DNA of 64,000 bases from an uncultured Candidatus Saccharibacteria bacterium (GCA_964447415.1 CAYUSN010000003.1:5418-69417), one strand, 5' to 3'; positions 8,507 to 18,966 are shown, counted from the stretch's first letter. Made by a program: numbers and translations. The notes: generated from the sequence alone by a model not told the origin.

Positions 8507-9265
8507 ATGCCTGAGCCGTTTGTCATTAAAACACCTGTCTTTGAAGGGCCGCTTGAACTGCTGCTCTCGCTTATCGAAAAGCGCAAACTGCTGATTAACG
8601 ACATCGCGCTTGCCGATGTCGCCGACGAATACATGGAGCACGTGCGCACTCTGTCGCAGTTTCCGACGCGCGAGGTCGCGCAATTTGTGCTTGTCGCGTC
8701 AACGTTGGTGCTCATCAAGTCACGGTCGCTCTTGCCGGAATTTAACCTCACACAAGAAGAAGAGGGTGACATTCAGAATCTGCAGGACCGTCTGCGCCTC
8801 TACCAGCGCGCACGGGAGCTCTCGGCGCACGTGCGCGAGCGTTTCGGTGAACATGTTCTGTTTCCGCGTGAAGAAACAACACTGCCGTTTGAACCGGTAT
8901 TTGCACCGCACCCGTCCATCACCGCATCGCGTCTGTACGAAGCGCTCAAGGGCGTTGTCGCGCGGCTGCCGAAAACGGAGCAGCTGCAAAAAACCGTCGT
9001 TGAAAAAATCATGAGTTTGGAAGAGATGATGGACCGGCTTACGGGGCGCATCAAACAGGCGCTCTCCATGCGCTTCTCGGAATTTGCAAAAGCACATGCG
9101 CACGGAGGCACCACTGAGCGGGAGGTGAAAGTCAACACAATCGTGTCGTTTCTGGCGATGCTGGAACTCGTTAAACAGGGGATGCTTGCCGCGCGTCAGC
9201 ACGCGACATTCTCCGACATTGAAATGGAAAATGCCGCCGTCGGCACACCGCGCTATACTGCATAA
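8507..9265 (+). CDS. scpA: Segregation and condensation protein A
   Basis: FEGPLELLL, IKSRSLLP, FLAMLEL. Confidence 0.93.
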   Translation: MPEPFVIKTPVFEGPLELLLSLIEKRKLLINDIALADVADEYMEHVRTLSQFPTREVAQFVLVASTLVLIKSRSLLPEFNLTQEEEGDIQNLQDRLRLYQRARELSAHVRERFGEHVLFPREETTLPFEPVFAPHPSITASRLYEALKGVVARLPKTEQLQKTVVEKIMSLEEMMDRLTGRIKQALSMRFSEFAKAHAHGGTTEREVKVNTIVSFLAMLELVKQGMLAARQHATFSDIEMENAAVGTPRYTA

Positions 9266-9271
9266 ACCACC

Positions 9272-9841
9272 ATGACACCGTACGCTTCACAACTGGAATC
9301 CATTCTGTTTTTCAAAGGGGAACCCGTCTCTTCGCGCGAGTTGGCAAAAATGCTCTCGCTCTCCGAGTCGGAGGTGCGCGTTGCCGCGGAGGAACTGCAG
9401 GGTCACCTTGCGTCTGAGGGACGCGGCGTCCGGCTCATGCACAATGACGACGCCTACCAACTGGTAACGGCACCCGAAATGTCTTCAAAAATCCAACAGC
9501 TTATCAAAGAAGATTTACAAAAAGATCTCAGTAAGGCGAGTCTGGAGACGCTTTCTATTGTGCTGTACTACGGACCCGTTACCCGTGCGCGCATTGACTA
9601 CATCCGCGGCGTGAACTCGTCGTTTTCCGTTCGCGCGCTGTCCATCCGCGGACTCATTGACCGCGCGGAGAACCCGCACGATCAGCGCTCCTACATATAC
9701 ACGCCGTCGATGCAGCTGCTCTCATACCTTGGTGTTGAAGATGCGACGCAGCTTCCTGAATACACCGTCATGCGCGAAGAAATAACACAATTTGAAGCAC
9801 GCGAGAAAGAAAAATTAACCGATAACCCGCCGAACGCGTAA
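9272..9841 (+). CDS. scpB: Segregation and condensation protein B
   Basis: LESILF, LSKASLETL, IDYIRGVNS. Confidence 0.93.
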   Translation: MTPYASQLESILFFKGEPVSSRELAKMLSLSESEVRVAAEELQGHLASEGRGVRLMHNDDAYQLVTAPEMSSKIQQLIKEDLQKDLSKASLETLSIVLYYGPVTRARIDYIRGVNSSFSVRALSIRGLIDRAENPHDQRSYIYTPSMQLLSYLGVEDATQLPEYTVMREEITQFEAREKEKLTDNPPNA

Positions 9842-9845
9842 CATC

Positions 9846-10754
9846 ATGACGGGCTACCACAACACCGTGCGACATGTGCCGTACGCGCTTACCGGAGTGC
9901 TCCTGGTGTGCGTTGCCGCGCTCATCGGTGTGTCGCTGTTTTTGAATAATCCGAAAACGCCCGACGCATCCGCACAGACAGAGATCGCAACAACAACACT
10001 TTCACTTGCATCGCCGCTTGAGGCAAAAGCCGCGTTTGTGTTTGATGTGCGCAACAACGCGGTTCTCTACGCGCATAACGCCGACGAACAGCTGCCGCTT
10101 GCGTCACTCACGAAAGTGCTCGCCGCGCTTGTTGCGCAGGAATTTTTCCCGGCCGGTACACAGGTGACCGTCTCAAAAACCGCACTCACCGAAGAAGGGG
10201 AGTCGGGGCTCGTTGAGGGAGAAGTGTGGGATGTCGATGAGCTGCTCAAATTTATCCTCATCACTTCGTCAAATGACGGTGTTGCCCTTTTGGAAGAGGT
10301 GTACGACTCGCTGGACGAGGAAACGTTTGTGCAGGCGCTTGACCGGCGCGCGCGCGAAATCGGACTCACCACGTTTTCCATACGAAACGCCACGGGACTG
10401 GACGCCGAGGACACCCTGCGTGCAACCAATTACGGCTCTGCGCGCGACGTAGCAAAACTGTTCTCCTACGCACTGTTGTCGATGCCGGATATCCTCGATG
10501 CGACCCGCGCGGGCACTAATTCCATTTCTTCACTGTCGCGAGTGCACAAGATAGAAAACACCAACGAAGTCATTGACCTCGTGCCGAATGCCGTCGGCGG
10601 AAAAACGGGTTTTACGGACGCCGCGGGAGGCAATCTGGTGATGTCGTTTGACCGGGACATCGGAAGCCCGATTATCATCGTCGTGTTGGGTTCAAGTAAA
10701 GAGGGACGGTTTTCCGATATGAAGACACTTGTGGACGCCGTCCGTTCACAGTAG
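9846..10754 (+). CDS. D-alanyl-D-alanine carboxypeptidase (peptidase S11)
   Basis: SLTK, SSN and KTG motifs; N-terminal TM helix. Confidence 0.9.
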   Translation: MTGYHNTVRHVPYALTGVLLVCVAALIGVSLFLNNPKTPDASAQTEIATTTLSLASPLEAKAAFVFDVRNNAVLYAHNADEQLPLASLTKVLAALVAQEFFPAGTQVTVSKTALTEEGESGLVEGEVWDVDELLKFILITSSNDGVALLEEVYDSLDEETFVQALDRRAREIGLTTFSIRNATGLDAEDTLRATNYGSARDVAKLFSYALLSMPDILDATRAGTNSISSLSRVHKIENTNEVIDLVPNAVGGKTGFTDAAGGNLVMSFDRDIGSPIIIVVLGSSKEGRFSDMKTLVDAVRSQ

Positions 10755-10781
10755 ATAGTTTTGGAGTACACTACATGAAGT

Positions 10782-11840
10782 ATGGAAATTACTGATGCAA
10801 TTAAAATCATCGCGCCGACCACCTTCTCCTTTTTTATCGGCATCCTCGTGACGCCGATTATCACGCATTACCTGTACACAAAAAGTATCTGGAAGAAGCG
10901 AGCAGGGAATACGCAGGGAATGGGGGATGACAAAGGCACGCCGATTTTCAACGAACTGCACAAGGACCGCGAGACGCACACGCCGCGCATGGGCGGACTC
11001 GTCGTGGTCTTTTCCGTCTTTATCACCGTCGCCGTGTTCTGGCTGCTGTCGTACCTCGGCACCGGCGGACCTTCAGGAAAAATTGACTTTCTGTCGCGCA
11101 CACAGACATGGCTGCCGCTTGCCGGATTTCTCATCGGCGCCATCGTCGGGTTCATTGAGGACCTGGTGGTGGTGTCCATCTCGCCGCGCTTTCCCGACGG
11201 ACTGCCGTTCCGCTACCGCGCATTGCCGCTTTTGTTGTTCGGACTGTTTACCGCATGGTGGTTTTATGAAAAGCTCGGCATGTCGGAGGTATTTGTGCCG
11301 TTTTACGGACATGTGGACCTGGGGCTGTGGTTTATTCCGTTTTTCCTTGTAGTGCTGCTTGCCGTACTTGCATCCGGCATCATCGACGGCATTGACGGGC
11401 TCTCCGGCGGCGTGTTGGCAACCGTCTTTTCGGCGCTCGGCATCATCGCCGCATTTCACAATCAGATTGATATGTCCGCACTGTCGTTTGTCATCGTCGG
11501 CGGACTTTTGGCGTTTTTATGGTTTAACATCCCGCCGGCGCGCTTTTACCTCACCGAAATCGGCTTTCTCCCGCTCGCCATCGCACTCACCATCATCGCG
11601 TTTCTCACCGATACGGTGCTCCTGCTCCCGATTATCGCGTTCGTACAGTTCATCACGGTCGGCACCAACATTCTGCAGGTCGCGTCAAAGAAGCTCCGCG
11701 GCAAAAAGATTTTTCTCGTCGCGCCCATCCACCACCACTTTGAGGCTCTCGGCTGGCCTCCGTACAAGGTTGTCATGCGCTACTGGGTACTCTCCGTTAT
11801 CTGTGCGACCATAGGCGTACTCATCGCGTTGTTAGGGTAA
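10782..11840 (+). CDS. mraY: Phospho-N-acetylmuramoyl-pentapeptide transferase
   Basis: TPRMGG, DGIDGL, APIHHHFE; multi-TM; next to ftsW and murG. Confidence 0.9.
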   Translation: MEITDAIKIIAPTTFSFFIGILVTPIITHYLYTKSIWKKRAGNTQGMGDDKGTPIFNELHKDRETHTPRMGGLVVVFSVFITVAVFWLLSYLGTGGPSGKIDFLSRTQTWLPLAGFLIGAIVGFIEDLVVVSISPRFPDGLPFRYRALPLLLFGLFTAWWFYEKLGMSEVFVPFYGHVDLGLWFIPFFLVVLLAVLASGIIDGIDGLSGGVLATVFSALGIIAAFHNQIDMSALSFVIVGGLLAFLWFNIPPARFYLTEIGFLPLAIALTIIAFLTDTVLLLPIIAFVQFITVGTNILQVASKKLRGKKIFLVAPIHHHFEALGWPPYKVVMRYWVLSVICATIGVLIALLG

Positions 11841-11852
11841 GGTTTTCGTTGT

Positions 11853-12950
11853 ATGACAAAAAAAATAGACACACCGTTTTTGATTATCACCGTACTTCTG
11901 GTGCTTGCGGGTCTGTTTATTTTTGTATCCGCAAGCTTAGGACTGCTGGCGCGCGAAGGAGCAGACATGACCGGACAAGTCATCAACCAGGTCATTGCAA
12001 TCGTCGCCGGCGTTGTGCTCGCGGTCATTGCAACCAAACTGCCGACGCCACTGTGGAATAAATACGCGTTCTTTATTTTTCTCGGCGCCATTGCTTCGAC
12101 GCTTCTGGTGTTTGTTCCCGGACTCGGCATTGAACATGCAGGTGCGCGCCGGTGGATTGAAGTCGGGTCCTTTTCCGTACAACCGGCGGAGTTTTTAAAA
12201 TTCGCGTTTATTCTGTACTACGCCGCATGGTGCACCGCGGTACAGAAAAAAATCCACACGCTCCGCTACAGCATCTTTCCGCTTCTCGGACTCCTTGCGC
12301 TGTGCGCCGTTCCGCTTATCCTGCAGCCTGATTACGGAACACTTGTCATCATCGGTATTACCGGCTTTGCAATGCTTCTGACCGCGGGCGCGTCATGGAA
12401 ACACATCGCCATTCTCACGTTCGCCGGCGCCGCATTTCTTACCTTTGTCGTAATGACCGTCCCGTACGTGCACGACCGCGTCACCACACTCTTTGATCCG
12501 AGCCGCGATCCGCAGGGTGCGGGCTATCAGATTCAACAGTCGCTCATTGCCATCGGTTCAGGCCATGTCACCGGCAGAGGGTTCGGCCAGAGCGTGCAGA
12601 AGTTTAATTTCCTTCCTGAGCCGGTGGGTGATTCCATCTTTGCGGTCTTCGCAGAGGAGTGGGGCTTCGTCGGAAGTCTTATGCTGTTGGCGCTGTTTAT
12701 CGCGTTCCTGTCGCGGGGATACCATATCGCACTGCGTGCGCCGAAAACATTTTCACGAATTGCCGTCGTCGGTTTTATCACGGCAATTACCATACAATCT
12801 TTCATCAACATCGCGTCCATGCTCGGTGTGTTTCCGCTCACCGGCGATCCGCTCGTCTTCGTTTCGCAGGGAGGAACCGCAATTGCCGTCGCGCTCTTAG
12901 AAGTGGGTATCGTGCTGGGCATCTCCAAAACCATACCGCACACGGCGTAA
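11853..12950 (+). CDS. ftsW: SEDS peptidoglycan glycosyltransferase FtsW
   Basis: GARRWI, QPAEFLK, QPDYG, GYQIQQS, GSG. Confidence 0.92.
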   Translation: MTKKIDTPFLIITVLLVLAGLFIFVSASLGLLAREGADMTGQVINQVIAIVAGVVLAVIATKLPTPLWNKYAFFIFLGAIASTLLVFVPGLGIEHAGARRWIEVGSFSVQPAEFLKFAFILYYAAWCTAVQKKIHTLRYSIFPLLGLLALCAVPLILQPDYGTLVIIGITGFAMLLTAGASWKHIAILTFAGAAFLTFVVMTVPYVHDRVTTLFDPSRDPQGAGYQIQQSLIAIGSGHVTGRGFGQSVQKFNFLPEPVGDSIFAVFAEEWGFVGSLMLLALFIAFLSRGYHIALRAPKTFSRIAVVGFITAITIQSFINIASMLGVFPLTGDPLVFVSQGGTAIAVALLEVGIVLGISKTIPHTA

Positions 12951-13015
12951 GACGACGTACCGCTTTTTTGGTATACTACAGGGGTATTCGCAGTGCGCGG
13001 ATACCTACTTTTTAT

Positions 13016-14170
13016 ATGCGCATCGTACTAACGGGAGGCGGTTCGGGAGGACATTTTTATCCGATGATTGCGGTTGCTCAGCAAATCAGAGCGCTTGCAA
13101 AAGAACAACGGCTTCTTGAACCTGAGTTGATCTACATGGCACCTGAGGAATACGACGCCGACGCGCTGTATGAAAACAGCATCGTCTTCAAACACATCAG
13201 TGCGGGCAAACGGCGAAAATACAGATCACTCCTTAATATTACCGACGGAATAAAAACAGGGTGGGGGATTCTTAAGGCAATTCTGAAGATGTATTCCGTC
13301 TTCCCCGACGTTGTTTTTTCAAAAGGCGGATACGTGAGTGTGCCGGTGGTGCTTGCCGCGCGTATTTTCGGCATCCCCATCGTTATTCATGACTCAGACG
13401 CCGTACCGGGACGCGCGAACTCATGGGCGGCAAAATATGCGCGCCGCATCGCCATTTCATACCCTGAATCCGCGCAGTATTTTGAATCCATCATCCAGAA
13501 GAAAAAAAACAAACCCGTCATCGCGCTAACCGGTAATCCTGTGCGTCACGAAGTGGAAACGCTTGCGACTGCAGGTGCGCATGAATTTCTCAAACTTTCG
13601 CGTGACATCCCGACAATTCTGGTGCTCGGCGGCTCACAGGGCGCACAGATGATAAACGAAACGCTCATTGAGGCGCTCCCGGAGCTTGTCGAACACTATC
13701 AGATACTTCATCAAACCGGCAAAGAACACCACACCATCGTTTCGGAAAGCGCGAAGATGATTCTTGAGAACAGTCCGCACAGAGATCGGTACCACTCGTT
13801 TCCGTTTCTCAACGTCGTTGCTCTGCGCATGGCGGGCGGCGCCGCCGACCTTGTGATATCACGCGCGGGCTCGGGTGCTATTTTTGAAATCGCGATGTGG
13901 GCAAAACCGGCTATTTTGATTCCCATACCGCAGGATGTGAGCCACGACCAGATTCACAATGCGTTTGCCTACGCGCGCACCGGCGCCTGTATTGTCATCG
14001 CACAAAATAACCTCACACCGCACCTGCTTTCCTCTGAAATAAACCGGCTTATGGACTCGCCTGACGAACGCAAAAAAATGGTCGCAGGAGCAAAAAGCTT
14101 CGCACAACCGCAGGCTGCACGAAAAATCGCACAGGAGGTGCTTGATTTGGCGCTTGAGCATGAAGAATAG
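13016..14170 (+). CDS. murG: Lipid I GlcNAc transferase MurG
   Basis: GGGSGGH, KGGYVS, GNPVR, GGSQGA; start MRIVLTG. Confidence 0.95.
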   Translation: MRIVLTGGGSGGHFYPMIAVAQQIRALAKEQRLLEPELIYMAPEEYDADALYENSIVFKHISAGKRRKYRSLLNITDGIKTGWGILKAILKMYSVFPDVVFSKGGYVSVPVVLAARIFGIPIVIHDSDAVPGRANSWAAKYARRIAISYPESAQYFESIIQKKKNKPVIALTGNPVRHEVETLATAGAHEFLKLSRDIPTILVLGGSQGAQMINETLIEALPELVEHYQILHQTGKEHHTIVSESAKMILENSPHRDRYHSFPFLNVVALRMAGGAADLVISRAGSGAIFEIAMWAKPAILIPIPQDVSHDQIHNAFAYARTGACIVIAQNNLTPHLLSSEINRLMDSPDERKKMVAGAKSFAQPQAARKIAQEVLDLALEHEE

Positions 14171-14171
14171 T

Positions 14172-15497
14172 ATGAGCTCTGTCGTCACCAGATTCGCGCC
14201 CTCACCGACCGGCTTCCTCCATATGGGAGGCGTCCGCACCGCGCTGTACAATTTCCTGTATGCTCGCAAACACGCAGGAACATTCGTTCTGCGTATTGAA
14301 GACACCGATGTCGCCCGAAACCGGCAGGAGTGGGCGACGGGACTCGTGGATGACCTCGCGTGGCTGGGACTCTCGCACGACGTATTTGCAAAACAGTCCG
14401 AAAGAACACAATTGTACCGTGACGCGGTCAAGAAACTTATCGACTCGGGACACGCATACATATCAAAGGAAACGCCGACCGAGGAAGGTCAGCGCGACGA
14501 AGTTGTGCGTTTCAAAAACCCCAATACCGTGGTCACCGTCACCGATATCATTCGCGGCGAAGTATCCGTGGATACTACCGACTTGAAAGATTTCATCATT
14601 GCGCGCTCGGTTGATGAGCCGCTGTACCATCTTGCGGTCGTCATCGACGACGCCTTGATGGGTGTTACACACGTCATCCGCGGTGAAGAACATCTCTCAA
14701 ATACACCGCGCCAGATTCTCATTCAGGAGGCGCTCGGCTACTCGCGACCGGTATATGCGCACCTGCCGCTGATGCTTGCCACCGACAAAAGTAAACTCTC
14801 CAAACGCAAACACGGGGAAGCGGTGTCGCTCACACACTACCGCTCCCGCGGGTATCTGCCCTCTGCAATTCTTAACTTTCTGCTGCTTATCGGATGGAAT
14901 CCCGGAACCGAGCAGGAATTTTTTACACTCGAAGAAATGATCGCGCAGTTTGACCTTGCAAAAGCGCAGAAGGGAGGCGCGGTGTTTAACGTCGAGAAAC
15001 TCGACTGGATCAACAAGCACTACATCATGCAGATGACGGCAGATGAACAATGGGAGTGGATTGACCGCTTTACACCGCCTGAATATGACCGCGGGATGCT
15101 CAAAAAAATTCACGCACTCGTTATTGACCGCATTTCCGCGTTCGGTGAAATTTCAGATTTATTTGCGAAAGGGGAGTTCACGTATTTTTTCTCGGCTCCT
15201 TCATACGACGGTGTCTCGCTCTCATGGAAAGACGCCTCGCCGGAGGATACAAAACGACACCTCGCACAGGTAGCCACGCTTCTGGAGGCCGTTTCAGACG
15301 ATGTATTCACCGCAGATGGTGTAAAAGAAGCCGTGTGGGGCTACGCCGAGGAACACGGACGGGGCGCCGTGCTCTGGCCGCTGCGTGTCGCGCTCTCCGG
15401 ACAGGAAAAATCAGTTGATCCGTTCACCACCGCCGGTATTGTGGGTAAAAAAGAAACGCTCTCACGTCTCTCATCCGCAACCGCACACCTCTCATGA
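14172..15497 (+). CDS. gltX: Glutamate--tRNA ligase
   Basis: RFAPSPTG, HMGG, LRIEDTD, KLSKR. Confidence 0.95.
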   Translation: MSSVVTRFAPSPTGFLHMGGVRTALYNFLYARKHAGTFVLRIEDTDVARNRQEWATGLVDDLAWLGLSHDVFAKQSERTQLYRDAVKKLIDSGHAYISKETPTEEGQRDEVVRFKNPNTVVTVTDIIRGEVSVDTTDLKDFIIARSVDEPLYHLAVVIDDALMGVTHVIRGEEHLSNTPRQILIQEALGYSRPVYAHLPLMLATDKSKLSKRKHGEAVSLTHYRSRGYLPSAILNFLLLIGWNPGTEQEFFTLEEMIAQFDLAKAQKGGAVFNVEKLDWINKHYIMQMTADEQWEWIDRFTPPEYDRGMLKKIHALVIDRISAFGEISDLFAKGEFTYFFSAPSYDGVSLSWKDASPEDTKRHLAQVATLLEAVSDDVFTADGVKEAVWGYAEEHGRGAVLWPLRVALSGQEKSVDPFTTAGIVGKKETLSRLSSATAHLS

Positions 15498-16786
15498 TGC
15501 TCAATCGCCTCATCACACAAACCATTTTGATTACCATACTCTTGGCACTTTCAGCCGGAGCCTCTGCGGCGTCACTGGATGACCTGTACGATAAAATCAA
15601 CGAGAAGCAGGACCAAATTGAGCAGGTTGAGCGGGATATTAAAAAGTATGAAGCAGAGCTCCAGAAAGTCGGCGCCGAGCGCGGTACGCTTGAGGCCGCG
15701 ATTGCGGAGCTGAATCTCACGCGTCAAAAGCTGCTGTCTGATATCTCGCTCACGCAGAAAAAAATCGAACAGACGGAATACTCCATTGAAAAACTGTCGT
15801 TGACCATCGGCGAGCAGGAGGCGCGCATACAGCGGAATAACAACGTGCTGCGAGAAGCGCTCCGGACCGTGCATGCCGCCGACAACGAAACATTCGTTGA
15901 GGTGATGCTCGGACGCGACTCATTTACCGACGTATGGACCGAGATTGACCAGCTCGGACAGATACAGGAAACGGTACAAGACGAGCTCATCGCGCTCCGT
16001 GAACTGAAGGCGGAACTTTCCCAGCAACGCGAAGAAGAACAAAAAGAATATGATGCACTCTCGTCATACAAATCGAAGTTGAGCGGTCAAAAACAGGTCA
16101 TCGAAGTCAACAAACAACAAAAAGACCAGCTCCTCTCTACCACCAAAAGCAAAGAAGCCGAGTACCAGCGTCTTCTTGAAGAAAAACGTGCGGCTGCAAA
16201 AAAGTTTGAAAGCGAACTGCAGGATTATGAGGCGCAGCTCCAGTACGCACAGGATCCGAGCAAGCTTCCGCAAAAGGGAAGCGGGGTGCTCTCGTGGCCT
16301 ATTGAGAATCCGTACCTGACCCAGGGCTATGGCTTGACAAGTTTCGCAAGAAGTGGTGCTTATGGATATGACAAATCGGGCCAACCGAACCCGCACCGCG
16401 GTGTGGATTTCCGCGCATCCGTCGGCACGCCGGTTTTGGCGGCCGCTCCGGGAACCGTGCGCGACGCGGTGAACATGGATGCGGCAAAAGGATGCTATTC
16501 GTACGGCAAGTGGATTCTGATTGACCACGACAACGGGTTATCCACACTGTACGCGCATCTCTCGGTCATGTCGGTTGCCGCCGGCGACTATGTGAAGGCA
16601 GGTAAAATTATCGGCTATGCAGGCGCATCAGGCTATGCGACGGGTCCGCACCTGCACTTTACGGTCTTTGACCGCGACGCCGTGAAAGTATCGCCGTTTT
16701 CTTGGAGCATCGGCTGTAAAAACACCAAAGTACCGTACGCGCCGTACGAAGCATACCTTGACCCGAACGCGTACCTGCCGAAATAA
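15494..16786 (+). CDS. Secreted coiled-coil M23 peptidase (EnvC-like)
   Basis: Signal peptide, long coiled coil, HRGVD, YAHL, HLH. Confidence 0.9.
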   Translation: MMLNRLITQTILITILLALSAGASAASLDDLYDKINEKQDQIEQVERDIKKYEAELQKVGAERGTLEAAIAELNLTRQKLLSDISLTQKKIEQTEYSIEKLSLTIGEQEARIQRNNNVLREALRTVHAADNETFVEVMLGRDSFTDVWTEIDQLGQIQETVQDELIALRELKAELSQQREEEQKEYDALSSYKSKLSGQKQVIEVNKQQKDQLLSTTKSKEAEYQRLLEEKRAAAKKFESELQDYEAQLQYAQDPSKLPQKGSGVLSWPIENPYLTQGYGLTSFARSGAYGYDKSGQPNPHRGVDFRASVGTPVLAAAPGTVRDAVNMDAAKGCYSYGKWILIDHDNGLSTLYAHLSVMSVAAGDYVKAGKIIGYAGASGYATGPHLHFTVFDRDAVKVSPFSWSIGCKNTKVPYAPYEAYLDPNAYLPK

Positions 16787-16840
16787 AACTATCAACAGCG
16801 GGTGCGCGCGGCGCAAATAAACGTGCTATAACGTTTGTAT

Positions 16841-17146
16841 ATGAAGTTTCAGGTACCAAACCACCGCGGATTCATCCAATTGATCCTCATTATTGTCATC
16901 GCGGTTATCGTGCTGGGATACTTCAGCATCAACATTGCCGACGTCATGGCGTCTCCGGTCGTCAAAGAAAACCTGTCCTACGTGTGGAACCTCGTGAAAG
17001 ACGTCTGGGGGACGTATTTAAGCGGACCCGCGACGTGGGTGTGGGAACATATTGTGAGCGTTTTGTGGGATTTATTTTTACAGGGCGTCGATAACTTGAG
17101 AGACAACGGCGGGCAGATTCCTGCACAGGAGATAAACATTGAGTAG
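16841..17146 (+). CDS. Small membrane-anchored hypothetical protein
   Basis: RGFIQLILIIVI, a hydrophobic prepilin-like N-terminus lacking Glu5. Confidence 0.7.
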   Translation: MKFQVPNHRGFIQLILIIVIAVIVLGYFSINIADVMASPVVKENLSYVWNLVKDVWGTYLSGPATWVWEHIVSVLWDLFLQGVDNLRDNGGQIPAQEINIE

Positions 17147-17217
17147 AGGAAACGGATTACGACAAAAAAAGGGCTTGCAGACGGGGTTATTAAAACCCCC
17201 TTATTTTTATAGTATAT

Positions 17218-17245
17218 AGGTCGGAAAAGATATATTGTGCGACGT
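17218..17245. other. Candidate dif-like Xer recombination site
   Basis: 11-6-11 layout AGGTCGGAAAA-GATATA-TTGTGCGACGT; arms 8/11 inverted; between convergent genes. Confidence 0.4.
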
Positions 17246-17282
17246 TATATCTCTCGTGAAACAAGTACTCCCCTCATGGGGG

Positions 17283-17759
17283 TCATTGACAGTTTTTTGC
17301 TTTTGTGAGCCCTGCCTGTTGCGCCTGTAATTCGCTCTCAAACCAGATTTTATTTTCTTCTTTTATCTGGCTTGCCCCGGCACACCAGGGGTAGTGATAC
17401 TTAGTGCCGTTTTTGGAGGCAACGACCCTTCCCCCTGCCCCCGGCAGGGCATCACTGTTTTTTAGGCCTCCTGGAGACGTTATAGCGTTGTCTGCCGAGT
17501 GTTCTGCAGGATTTCCATCATCGGTGCCGACCTTTGAACCGCTGTCTTTTGGGGGTGCGACAGGGAGGATGTTTTTTATGGAAACGGGGCACTGCACTTC
17601 CCTTTCTGACTCTATTTTTGCGGCCCCGTAGGAAAGCACGGCTATGCAAAAAGCCGCAGATACCAGCACGGCGTCGCGGGCAAAACGAAGGCCTCGGGGC
17701 TTGTTTTTCAGCCACAATACCTGTATACTTCCTCTTGCTTTTTCAAATAAAAACGACAT
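17283..17759 (-). CDS. Membrane-anchored protein with C-terminal Ada-like metal-binding domain; start uncertain
   Basis: [14 protein letters not shown]...[11 protein letters not shown]...NC. Confidence 0.75.
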   Translation of the reverse strand: MSFLFEKARGSIQVLWLKNKPRGLRFARDAVLVSAAFCIAVLSYGAAKIESEREVQCPVSIKNILPVAPPKDSGSKVGTDDGNPAEHSADNAITSPGGLKNSDALPGAGGRVVASKNGTKYHYPWCAGASQIKEENKIWFESELQAQQAGLTKAKNCQ

Positions 17760-18035
17760 ATGGCACATAGGAAAGCCGGCGGAACAGCTAAAAACCTGCG
17801 CGATTCAAACCCGAAATTTTTGGGCGTGAAGATCGCAGACGGACAGACTGCAAAACCCGGCGCAATCATCGTCCGCCAGCGCGGCACCAAGGTAGAGGCG
17901 GGAAAAAACGTTCGCATGGGCAAGGACCACACCCTCTTTGCGGTTGCCGACGGCACCGTCAAGTTCCGCGTAAAGCGCACCACCAAATTCAACGGCGCAT
18001 CCGCCCGTCAAAAGATTGTAGACGTCCTCTCTTAA
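17760..18035 (+). CDS. rpmA: 50S ribosomal protein L27
   Basis: MAHRKAGG...RDS...GVK...IIVRQRGT. Confidence 0.97.
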   Translation: MAHRKAGGTAKNLRDSNPKFLGVKIADGQTAKPGAIIVRQRGTKVEAGKNVRMGKDHTLFAVADGTVKFRVKRTTKFNGASARQKIVDVLS

Positions 18036-18043
18036 GAAAAAAT

Positions 18044-18073
18044 AAAACAACCTCCCGTTCAGGAGGTTGTTTT
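18044..18073. terminator. Bidirectional terminator
   Basis: AAAACAACCTCC...GGAGGTTGTTTT between convergent rpmA and rplI. Confidence 0.8.
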
Positions 18074-18093
18074 CGTATCTGTCCGTCTTTGTA

Positions 18094-18540
18094 TTACTTC
18101 TCCGCCTCAACGCGAATCGTAATCGTTCCGAGAATATCTCCAATGCCGACTTTCACCGACGTGTCCCCGACTTCTTTGATGGGTTTATCCAGATGAATGC
18201 ACTCGGGAGGAATCGCAACACCCAATTGATCGTACGCACAGCTTGAAATACGCTCAACATGCAACGCACCGAACAGGTGACCCTTGTCATTCACCTTCTC
18301 GGTGACCGTCACTGTTTTACCGCTGATTTTTTCGATACAGTGCGCAACTTCCGATTCATGCATTGTTTTCTGTTCGGAGAGTTTCGCTTTCTGCGCTGCA
18401 ACCATGGCACGCGCAGCGGGTGTCGCCGCCTGCGCAAGTCCTTTCGGAATGAGACTGTGCAACGCGTAGCCGTCGGCGACGGTGACAATGTCAAACCGCC
18501 TTCCTACCTTGGCAACGTCTTTCAATAAGATGATTTCCAT
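18094..18540 (-). CDS. rplI: 50S ribosomal protein L9
   Basis: MEIILLKDVAKVG...VADGYA...LIPKGLA; GHLFG. Confidence 0.93.
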   Translation of the reverse strand: MEIILLKDVAKVGRRFDIVTVADGYALHSLIPKGLAQAATPAARAMVAAQKAKLSEQKTMHESEVAHCIEKISGKTVTVTEKVNDKGHLFGALHVERISSCAYDQLGVAIPPECIHLDKPIKEVGDTSVKVGIGDILGTITIRVEAEK

Positions 18541-18582
18541 AGAGGTATATAAGCATACTACACCTATTTCACGAGAAAAACA

Positions 18583-18612
18583 TTGACAGTGTACTTCCAC
18601 AGGGGGCACAAT
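18583..18612 (+). promoter_or_regulatory. Putative sigma70 promoter
   Basis: TTGACA-18 bp-CACAAT. Confidence 0.45.
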
Positions 18613-18672
18613 AGCCCCAGAAGCATGGTCTGGCGCACAGACCGTACTACCCCGAAAGGAGGTGATTGGGCT

Positions 18673-18966
18673 GTGGATAAACGATTCGTGGAGGCGAAAC
18701 TCGTGGATGCGAAGGTCAAAACCCTCGTAGAGCGGCCGAACGGCGACATCAGAATCGTCGACTCCCTGCCCCTGGGCGGTGAAGTCGCGATTCATTTCGC
18801 CAGCGGCGTGCTCCGCGAAGACGGCACCGTTGAGCGCAGGGTCGACGGAGAAATTCACTCGACCATTACGCTCTCCGGCCGCACACTGTCGGAGGTCACC
18901 GAGGAACTCCTCAAACCGTTTCAGAAGCAGGAGGGATACCGTGCAAGGAGAACGCAGAGCAGCTAG
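18673..18966 (+). CDS. Hypothetical protein (GC-rich orphan)
   Basis: Full SD AAGGAGGTGA before GTG 18673; G/C third-position bias. Confidence 0.7.
   Translation: MDKRFVEAKLVDAKVKTLVERPNGDIRIVDSLPLGGEVAIHFASGVLREDGTVERRVDGEIHSTITLSGRTLSEVTEELLKPFQKQEGYRARRTQSS

Noticed and set aside
12659-13015. 503-aa MurG with a long N-terminal extension
   Set aside because: Overlaps ftsW out of frame; MurG begins at MRIVLTG (13016)
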